Shown here in pieces: positions 1 to 9,908 of a DNA stretch of 64,000 bases (the first letter of the stretch is position 1; each line of letters opens with the position of its first letter). Below the pieces are notes generated by a model, which saw only the letters and a list, made by a program, of their open reading frames with translations, was not told where the DNA came from and ran no database searches. The position numbers and the translations under genes are program-made. The stretch lies in contig JAUCBJ010008232.1 in NCBI GenBank assembly GCA_032718475.1, forward strand, positions 30,535-94,534, given 5' to 3'. The stretch is from Nemertoderma westbladi (Eukaryota > Animalia > Xenacoelomorpha).

Positions 1-417
1 AGGTTGAAATGGTGGCTTCTGATTGGCTGCAGTACCAGAAATGGATGGTAATGATGGACTACGGGTGACCTTGGTTGAGGAACCATGTAATGTATACTAC
101 TCATGCAACCCTGTATTGCATCAATTGTTTTTTTTTGTTATTTCTTCAACTCCCCAATTTGGCCATAATGATATATCACTTATGATCCATTTTGGTCCAT
201 TCCACCATAATGTGCTATTGTAGAGCTGTCTGGTTGTATATTGGCACCTAGTTGCAATGTCAGCAGGATTATCTTGCGTATTCACATATCTAAAGTTGAT
301 GTTACTTGTATTTCTTATTTCTTTCAACATATTTTCAATAAACACAGTCATTCTTTTATCACTTTTGAGCCAGGCTAAAACACATTGTGAATCGCTAAAC
401 AGTGTCTTTGTTTCCAT

Positions 418-1066
418 TGTAAGCGGATTCAATTCCACTTCATTACCCACCAGAAAATGGGACCAGTGGCATTTAGCAATATGTTGGGGATACGAGATTA
501 CCAATATCAATCTCGTATCATAACCAATATTGGGGGGGGGGGGACACAAGCCCCAAAGCCACAGAGTGAGGTTAGAGGTCAAACCACCTCGAAGGGAATA
601 CAGCTAGTAGGGGCTAGCAGCAGAGGGGAAACACTCCTGGGGAGTGCCAAGGTGACAAGTAGTATATTAGCCAATAGAGGGGAGGGAAGCACGTGATAGG
701 GAACAGAAAAGCATCCATTGGGTAGAAGGCCAAAGTAGAGTAAGAGGTGAAGCAATATTCATTGTATCAATCATATATTATCTCAGATTTTTGGATTGGT
801 GTATCAGTTGTGCTATTCAGTTTATCTAGTGCAGACCGGTCATAATTATTGACCGTCATCGTCATCGACGCCATTATACTGGTAACTATCTTATCTGTAT
901 TTCTGCTGTTCAATCGTTCTATCATCGGATATTTTCTAACATCAAGAGACAACTGTAACTCTATTGTTTTTCCCCAACGGCCTCGGCCAAAGCTGTTAGC
1001 ACCATCCTCAAGCAGAATGGTGACGCGTACTTTAATTACCCGGTCGGGATCCCTGATCCTGTCACA
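418..1066. mobile_element. Solo LTR (649 bp) inserted in Pao-B RNase H
   Basis: TGTAAG...GTCACA termini; 5-bp TSD TCCAT at 413-417 and 1067-1071; removing it rejoins EEQLKLKM to ETKTLFSDSQ. Confidence 0.85.
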
Positions 1067-1429
1067 TCCATTTTCAGCTTTAGTTGTTCTTCAGCGAATT
1101 TAATACATCGGATGCCAATTACCATTGCCATTAGTTCTAAGCGAGGAATACTTGGCTTTTTTCGTTGATTATCCTTCAAACTATGTTTTGATATTGGGGC
1201 TAATCTATTTTTTGCAAATAATAACATTGATTTATATCCAGATTCAAGTGGATATCTAGTGGATATCCATAAATATATTGCTGCTGCATATGCTGTTTCC
1301 GAAGCATCGCAAAAACACAATAAATCAAGTTCATAATCCTCCAAGTTGCTCTGTTTCTCTCCTTCAAATATATGTCGTGGGATTTGGCATTCACTAATTT
1401 TCAATAGTTCATTGGCAATACTTGGCCAC

Positions 1430-2605
1430 TGTTCGCGCTTTCAGACCTTTAGCAGTTTAACCTGCCAAATTTGGGTGTCTTCTAGATTATAAATCGACTT
1501 TAGCCTATGACGAGTATTTGATACACTACATTAGCCGAAGCCAGTCTATGCGCGACCATTCACCCGCTGGATATACCCGGGAGACTGGATTCGGAAGCTT
1601 TGACCTTATTGCGGTGTAGGCCTATTGTATTATTCGACTGATTGTTAATATATAATTTCTGACCAATATTATTCACTTTCGGGAAATATTAACAGTTCCT
1701 TTAGGACGTGGCGCTCTAAATATGTAAACAGAGTTATGATTTACACTAGACACAACGGGATGGCTATGGATTCACGTATATAGCGCATTCTTTAGGAGAT
1801 GCTTTGTTATCAGTCACAATCATGCACACTACCGCACAATACTGCACACTGATCTGCCGACCTTCACTAATTTTAGTCACATATAAAGAGAACAACAACC
1901 GACTCATGTAGTGCCTATGAAATAGCATTAGATTCACTCCAAAACCACTTTAATGTAAGTCGCAATTGTTATATGTAACCAGTCTCTCTAACCTTCAGTA
2001 TATCAAGAAGATTGGGGTTTCTGATTATTGGTCGATATTATCTAAATATAATAATATTCCATCAACCGATATAATTAATGACCGACAGTAAATAGCAGTA
2101 AAAATGCGGTGTTTGTAGTTGACAATATGATTAGGTGAGTTATGAGTAGGGTAGGGATAACAGATATACGTTTCGATTGACCAACGCCTACTAATGTTTG
2201 GCTAAAGCCTGAAAACACAGAGGTTCCAAAGCCGGTCTTCTAGCTATGGACAAAATACACATACTGACTGAATTCATGAGTTTCTGTATACAACCTCCAA
2301 CACAGAGTCAAAAAACGCTCTGATTGGTCGACCGAACAAAGAGAGAACAGAGAACAAAGAGATGTTCCACGTGGACATATCAGCTGTTAGATGTCGTCAT
2401 GGTAACTACACTGTGTCAAGAGGATTTTAGCTATTGCGACATAAAATTGCTAGTTATGTCCGCTAAAGTACACATACAGAAGAAATGGCTTTTTATGTCC
2501 ACTAAAACACCGGTACAGTAAGGAAACGGCTTTTTATGTCCATTAAACCGACTACAGAGTACTTTGCGCGAAAAATAACCAGCTAATTCCGCAAAAGCTT
2601 TTACA
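1430..2605 (-). repeat. Pao-A 3' LTR
   Basis: Direct repeat of 18130-19303; about 14 substitutions and 2 single-base indels counted by eye. Confidence 0.97.
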
Positions 2606-3595
2606 CCGCTCCCAGAAAATGGGATTTAATTCTATAAAATATAAAAAATCACAGTTTCTAAAATATAGAAATACTCTAAACAGTTAGTTTTTCTTGCGCG
2701 GACGGCATTTACGCAGTTTTTTGAGGTTAGCAAGAGTCCTTTTCTCTTTGGGGCGAGCCACTTTACTAGGAGGGCTATAACCCTTGGGTAAAGGGTGCAA
2801 TACAATTGCATCTGAAGGTTTAGGGTTACGGTCGATGTCTCGTCCATTTCGATATGCTTCTCCTCGAGCTGATTTTCCTCCGCTTATCGTTGGATGCGTT
2901 CGTCCAAAACTCTTGCAGAGAATATGGTCGTCCAAGTTCGATATCTTCTTAGAGATTCTGAATTTCCTGATCGAACTGAGATAAAATTAATTCGTTTACC
3001 GCTTGGACTTGCTGCTGCAATTTACGTTTCTCTAAACAATTGTAGGTTCATTTTCCGCTCTTTTGACGAATAGTGTCTAACGCGTTTCGTACAACTCTCT
3101 CCTCCGCCTCGGTGACAGGTTGTATCGGGTTAAACAGGGACGATGATACGGTTGAATGACGATATTAGATGTCCGCGTCCCAATCCGACTAGGTAAGATG
3201 GGCGAATATTTAGGGAGCCCACAACCGGAGTGCCACCGACCAACTGTTCGAGTAACACTAGATCTTTGAACAGTGAGTACAGTTCGGGAGGATCCGTGAT
3301 ACTATTAGGGTCAAGCGTTTGAGGTCTCACTGAGGAATGAGGAGGTCTGACCGAGTATTCCGGAACTCTGATCATAGGTTTATTTAAGGATTGTTTGAAT
3401 CGAGCGAGTGTAGGTGATACATCGAACAAGTTTCGCTCGAAACTCCCGTAAATATAACGAGTAAAACCATGTTTAAAGCAACGTCTCTACGGATGTTTAT
3501 GTCTTTCCGTTTGTTGGTTGGGTCTTGGGCATTCATTGCAATAATACCAAAGACGCAAGTCTTGTAGGGGAAATGCGGGTGATATTTATTCGGTT

Positions 3596-4042
3596 TTACA
3601 ACGTTTCTCTCAAGAATTCCAAATATACGTTGGAGTTACTGCATTTATCCGGTTCTTTAACGTCTTTTCTTTCGAGTCGATTTCGAATAGAATTTTCGCA
3701 TTCGATTCTCAATTTATCGTTCCGACTCCGCTGGGTATGATATTTAAATAGGACCATTTCCCTTTCGGTGTCGATATCGTCCGTATCGTATAAATCGATA
3801 GGATGGCCAGTAGTTAAGAAGTCCATATACGTACCATTACAATGCGTATAGCGAGCAGTGAATTTTCGATAGTCCAATTCACACGTAAGTTGCTCCTGGG
3901 GCATCGGCGGTTCGATATAACGACCATCATCCTCCGTAGTAGTTGGACTAGCGTCGCTGCGTATCAAGCTATCAACAAACGCTTGCAACGGTAGAGTATA
4001 TTTCTCCCTGATACCAAGATCATCTTCTATCAACTGAGTCAT
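3596..4042 (-). CDS. Pao-A accessory ORF of unknown function (148 aa), possibly the N-terminus of a longer broken ORF
   Basis: ATG-initiated, protein-like composition, same sense as pol, downstream of integrase; further same-strand ORF pieces at 3130-3429 and 2684-2935. Confidence 0.5.
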   Translation of the reverse strand: MTQLIEDDLGIREKYTLPLQAFVDSLIRSDASPTTTEDDGRYIEPPMPQEQLTCELDYRKFTARYTHCNGTYMDFLTTGHPIDLYDTDDIDTEREMVLFKYHTQRSRNDKLRIECENSIRNRLERKDVKEPDKCSNSNVYLEFLRETL

Positions 4043-6112
4043 AGCTGCTATATGAGTTTATCAATATTATAATGAGTTGATATTTAGGCTAGCTGGCGTC
4101 GCTGCCTACCCCTCTCGGCCCCCGGACAGCGCAAGATCCTCAGCGCTGGTGTACTTTCGCCGATGTGCCTATCGCCAACGTAGTAGCTGCACAACGACCA
4201 CAACAACCAGCGCGAGTCACTCCACCGTCCGTCCCAAAGGCTTAGATTTACTTCAGGTTCTTACTGGAGAGTTAGGGCTACTTTCACAATTGCGACTCGC
4301 TACTGTAAACACACTTTAGTAGTAACATTCACCTATAAACACACTAATTCCACACAACTGTCACAAACCGCACACATTCGGGCCATTTGTCCGTTAGTCA
4401 GTGCCTTCCAGAATGTCACGTTATTATTATGTATCCTTGGATACTAGCAGTGTGCTATTTATTCTTTATGCTATTCAATGGGGCAAGCCTTTATTGTTCT
4501 TTTAACTCACTTCTAATTCTAGCGTGGTTGTTGCCATGGTGACATTATGGAAAGCTAGCGGTAGAATTAGGGTAATTCTCATGCATACAGATCTGGGATG
4601 CTATTTAATAGTAATTCTTTAATTGTCAATATTCCTCTTTATACATGATTTTATGAATTTTATCGGCTATTGACTATATATTGGAGATTCTCGCACACTA
4701 ATACACTTAATAGGGTGAATCTCCGCTCCCATGATCTATTAATTAATGGAATTTTGGGAATGTTATAAATTGTATAAAAATGACAATTTATCGAATTCAT
4801 TAAATATGAATTTAAATTTATTCCCGTAAATTTTATTATTTAATACTAAATAGACACAATTTTATTCCAGAACATGTCTGGGGACTGGGATCCTTGATTC
4901 TAGGAAATTGGTCTTTTTAAGAATATCGGTAAGTGCTACGATATCTTAATAGACTAGAAATTTATAGGATTTAAAATTTGACAGATTTTGTAAATATTAA
5001 TAATTAATATTTAGGATGGGCACCGGTTTATTCCAGAACAAGTCTGGGGACGTTAACCACTGATTCTAGAATTTTGTCTTTCAAGTATATCGGTGGGTAC
5101 CGCGATATCTTAATCGACTAGAATTACAGATGGTCAAAGGGTTTAACAGATTTATTTTGCGTTGTACGCTACTGTTAAAGTGACATCACGCTACTATATG
5201 TATTATTTAATATACGGTATGAGAGCAATATCGCACGAAGCAATGTCAGTGAGAAGAGGCAAGTCGTTTCCAAGGTCTACCCAGAGCTTGGTTTAGCCGA
5301 GACACGAGGATCTGAATTTTGCATTCCTAATACTCTACTTTACCAATAATACTTGAATATAGTAGGAGCTTTATTGTACTTTAATAAGTACGGAGATTTC
5401 ATCTTACTGTAGTTACGTATTTGTAATGTAATACGGACAGTAAGGAAAGAGAAAAGAATTATTTCTCGCCGTCGCACTAAATATATAATATAAGTAATTA
5501 AGTAATAAACGCGAATATATATTGCACTAATCTACTAAATAATCACTAAAATAACATTCTACTAAATAAAATTAAAGAAAACTATTATAATAAAATTACA
5601 TAATAATACATACATAAATACAAAATAATAAGAATATAAAATAATATGGTCACACACCCACTCCATACGCTACTAAGCTGGGGAGTCCCTAGATGTTTGT
5701 TGGATTAGGGAGGTGGTCGTGGGAAGAGTATCTTGTCTTCCATAGTTTCCGGAGAGTTCTCTGTCTCTTTCCAGTAAACATAAACGACCAACTGGGCGAT
5801 TGAGCTGCTGTGTCTCGAAGACAATTCCCGGTTTCTTGAAGTTACGTCGCATGACGACGAGTTCTACTGATCGCACCAAACCGTCATCCGAGATGTGAGT
5901 CTCGATGATACGACCTGTCTGCCACCTCTTACGTGGAAGACCTGAATCCACAATAAGGACCATGTCTCCAGCTTGTCTCCAAACCATGTTTAAAGCAACG
6001 TCTCTACGGATGTTTATGTCTTTCCGTTTGTTGGTTGGGTCTTGGGCATTCATTGCAATAATACCAAAGACGCAAGTCTTGTAGGGGAAATGCGGGTGAT
6101 ATTTATTCGGTT

Positions 6113-6559
6113 TTACAACGTTTCTCTCAAGAATTCCAAATATACGTTGGAGTTACTGCATTTATCCGGTTCTTTAACGTCTTTTCTTTCGAGTCGATTT
6201 CGAATAGAATTTTCGCATTCGATTCTCAATTTATCGTTCCGACTCCGCTGGGTATGATATTTAAATAGGACCATTTCCCTTTCGGTGTCGATATCGTCCG
6301 TATCGTATAAATCGATAGGATGGCCAGTAGTTAAGAAGTCCATATACGTACCATTACAATGCGTATAGCGAGCAGTGAATTTTCGATAGTCCAATTCACA
6401 CGTAAGTTGCTCCTGGGGCATCGGCGGTTCGATATAACGACCATCATCCTCCGTAGTAGTTGGACTAGCGTCGCTGCGTATCAAGCTATCAACAAACGCT
6501 TGCAACGGTAGAGTATATTTCTCCCTGATACCAAGATCATCTTCTATCAACTGAGTCAT
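6113..6559 (-). CDS. Duplicate of the Pao-A accessory ORF
   Basis: Identical translation to 3596-4042. Confidence 0.5.
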   Translation of the reverse strand: MTQLIEDDLGIREKYTLPLQAFVDSLIRSDASPTTTEDDGRYIEPPMPQEQLTCELDYRKFTARYTHCNGTYMDFLTTGHPIDLYDTDDIDTEREMVLFKYHTQRSRNDKLRIECENSIRNRLERKDVKEPDKCSNSNVYLEFLRETL

Positions 6560-8189
6560 AGCTGCTATATGAGTTTATCAATATTATAATGAGTTGATAT
6601 TTAGGCTAGCTGGCGTCGCTGCCTACCCCTCTCGGCCCCCGGACAGCGCAAGATCCTCAGCGCTGGTGTACTTTCGCCGATGTGCCTATCGCCAACGTAG
6701 TAGCTGCACAACGACCACAACAACCAGCGCGAGTCACTCCACCGTCCGTCCCAAAGGCTTAGATTTACTTCAGGTTCTTACTGGAGAGTTAGGGCTACTT
6801 TCACAATTGCGACTCGCTACTGTAAACACACTTTAGTAGTAACATTCACCTATAAACACACTAATTCCACACAACTGTCACAAACCGCACACATTCGGGC
6901 CATTTGTCCGTTAGTCAGTGCCTTCCAGAATGTCACGTTATTATTATGTATCCTTGGATACTAGCAGTGTGCTATTTATTCTTTATGCTATTCAATGGGG
7001 CAAGCCTTTATTGTTCTTTTAACTCACTTCTAATTCTAGCGTGGTTGTTGCCATGGTGACATTATGGAAAGCTAGCGGTAGAATTAGGGTAATTCTCATG
7101 CATACAGATCTGGGATGCTATTTAATAGTAATTCTTTAATTGTCAATATTCCTCTTTATACATGATTTTATGAATTTTATCGGCTATTGACTATATATTG
7201 GAGATTCTCGCACACTAATACACTTAATAGGGTGAATCTCCGCTCCCATGATCTATTAATTAATGGAATTTTGGGAATGTTATAAATTGTATAAAAATGA
7301 CAATTTATCGAATTCATTAAATATGAATTTAAATTTATTCCCGTAAATTTTATTATTTAATACTAAATAGACACAATTTTATTCCAGAACATGTCTGGGG
7401 ACTGGGATCCTTGATTCTAGGAAATTGGTCTTTTTAAGAATATCGGTAAGTGCTACGATATCTTAATAGACTAGAAATTTATAGGATTTAAAATTTGACA
7501 GATTTTGTAAATATTAATAATTAATATTTAGGATGGGCACCGGTTTATTCCAGAACAAGTCTGGGGACGTTAACCACTGATTCTAGAATTTTGTCTTTCA
7601 AGTATATCGGTGGGTACCGCGATATCTTAATCGACTAGAATTACAGATGGTCAAAGGGTTTAACAGATTTATTTTGCGTTGTACGCTACTGTTAAAGTGA
7701 CATCACGCTACTATATGTATTATTTAATATACGGTATGAGAGCAATATCGCACGAAGCAATGTCAGTGAGAAGAGGCAAGTCGTTTCCAAGGTCTACCCA
7801 GAGCTTGGTTTAGCCGAGACACGAGGATCTGAATTTTGCATTCCTAATACTCTACTTTACCAATAATACTTGAATATAGTAGGAGCTTTATTGTACTTTA
7901 ATAAGTACGGAGATTTCATCTTACTGTAGTTACGTATTTGTAATGTAATACGGACAGTAAGGAAAGAGAAAAGAATTATTTCTCGCCGTCGCACTAAATA
8001 TATAATATAAGTAATTAAGTAATAAACGCGAATATATATTGCACTAATCTACTAAATAATCACTAAAATAACATTCTACTAAATAAAATTAAAGAAAACT
8101 ATTATAATAAAATTACATAATAATACATACATAAATACAAAATAATAAGAATATAAAATAATATGGTCACACACCCACTCCATACGCTA

Positions 8190-9836
8190 CTAAGCTGGGG
8201 AGTCCCTAGATGTTTGTTGGATTAGGGAGGTGGTCGTGGGAAGAGTATCTTGTCTTCCATAGTTTCCGGAGAGTTCTCTGTCTCTTTCCAGTAAACATAA
8301 ACGACCAACTGGGCGATTGAGCTGCTGTGTCTCGAAGACAATTCCCGGTTTCTTGAAGTTACGTCGCATGACGACGAGTTCTACTGATCGCACCAAACCG
8401 TCATCCGAGATGTGAGTCTCGATGATACGACCTGTCTGCCACCTCTTACGTGGAAGACCTGAATCCACAATAAGGACCATGTCTCCAGCGCTGACGTTTT
8501 CTTGCTGCGCAAACCACTTAGTTCGAAGTTGTAGCGTGGGCAGGTAATGTTTTTCGAAATGGTCAGCGAAACGACGGGATAACAACTGCATAAGTTGCCA
8601 AGTTTGCCGGCAGTATTCGTCTCCGTCAGTGATTTCCAATTGTGGGAGCATGGCTACAGGTTTCTTCAGTAGGAAGTGCGCGGGTGTTAGCGCTTCCAGG
8701 GAATCGGGACTCGATGAGACTGGCATAAGCGGTCTCTCGTTGAGATAGGCGGCGATTTCCTCCATTAACGTCCGCAAAAGTTCGTCGGTGAGATACGCGC
8801 GGCAAGGCACTATAAAGTGAAATGCGGTCTTCACGCTCCTGATTAATCTCTCCCAACTTCCTCCCCACCAAGGGGCGTCGGCGGCGTTGAAGGTCCAGCT
8901 AGATGCTGTTACCCTTAGCTGATCGTCCACCTGTCTTTGGTTCCAATCCTTGACATAAGCTTTGATTTCATTGTTGGCACCAATGAAGTTTGTTCCCTTA
9001 TCAGATCTCATCGTGTTACTAGTTCCAAATCGAGCGATCTGTCGTCGTAAGCTTAATAGGAAGCTGTTGGTAGATAAATCGTTCACCATATCGAGATGGA
9101 TAGCTCTACAAGTCATACAAACAAAGATGAGACACCATCTCTTGACTATAGTCCTAGCACGATATACTTCAATAGGGCCAAATAAATCTACACCGGTATT
9201 AGTAAAGGGTGGTTCATAGAAGCTTACTCGTTCCCTAGGTAATTCTGCCTCTCGCTGTGTTAAAGGCCTACTGAATGCTTTCCTACAGGGTATGCAGTTC
9301 TTAAGAACTTGGTTCAGAGCTCTACGGGGTTTACAAAAATAATAGCGAGTTCGAATTTCGCTAAGAACTCGTTCTCTACCAGCATGATAAAGTTTGCTGT
9401 GAACATCTACAATCATCTTGACTTGTATTTCAAGATTTCTAATGAGTATGGGAAACTTAGTGTCAAAGGATAATGGAGCATTCGTTAATCTTCCTCCAAC
9501 ATGTATCAACCCATCTATCATTGTGCTAGAGAAACGATCCCTTAAGCGCATCTGTGGATTTCTCAACAACAGGAAATACTTATCGGAATCCTCATGGCAT
9601 TGTAGGAGTCTCAGTATCTGCTTATTTGTTTCTTCATGCTCCTGATAACTGATCTTCTCCTTCAGAAACCTGTCGAATATCTTGTATTGGGGAAGATCTT
9701 TAACAACATGGACCTGCGCAGATGTCAGTGGAGCGGTATCACTATTGGTCTTCGTCCCGGAGTAGTGATGATGAAAACATCGTTTTAAATATGTAACGGC
9801 CTTACAGAGCCGATTCCAGGAACTGTAGTGATGCAT
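8190..9836 (-). CDS. Pao-A integrase (HHCC, DDE core, Pao-type C-terminal domain)
   Basis: HSKLYHAG..CIPC, GVDLFGP, SDKGTNF, PWWGGSWERLI, GDMVLIVD..W..GRI. Confidence 0.95.
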   Translation of the reverse strand: MHHYSSWNRLCKAVTYLKRCFHHHYSGTKTNSDTAPLTSAQVHVVKDLPQYKIFDRFLKEKISYQEHEETNKQILRLLQCHEDSDKYFLLLRNPQMRLRDRFSSTMIDGLIHVGGRLTNAPLSFDTKFPILIRNLEIQVKMIVDVHSKLYHAGRERVLSEIRTRYYFCKPRRALNQVLKNCIPCRKAFSRPLTQREAELPRERVSFYEPPFTNTGVDLFGPIEVYRARTIVKRWCLIFVCMTCRAIHLDMVNDLSTNSFLLSLRRQIARFGTSNTMRSDKGTNFIGANNEIKAYVKDWNQRQVDDQLRVTASSWTFNAADAPWWGGSWERLIRSVKTAFHFIVPCRAYLTDELLRTLMEEIAAYLNERPLMPVSSSPDSLEALTPAHFLLKKPVAMLPQLEITDGDEYCRQTWQLMQLLSRRFADHFEKHYLPTLQLRTKWFAQQENVSAGDMVLIVDSGLPRKRWQTGRIIETHISDDGLVRSVELVVMRRNFKKPGIVFETQQLNRPVGRLCLLERDRELSGNYGRQDTLPTTTSLIQQTSRDSPA

Positions 9837-9908
9837 CGCTCTCTGCAGGAGAGGTGAGAGTCCTTGCGAGACGTCTGGTATTCCAGATTTATTTTAGATT
9901 ATATTTAT

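Larger units (their letters stand above)
3464..8489. repeat. Tandem duplication inside Pao-A, period 2517 bp (3464-5972 and 5981-8489)
   Basis: Identical ORFs offset by 2517 (3596/6113, 4077/6594); 8-nt filler TTGTCTCC at the junction. Confidence 0.95.
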
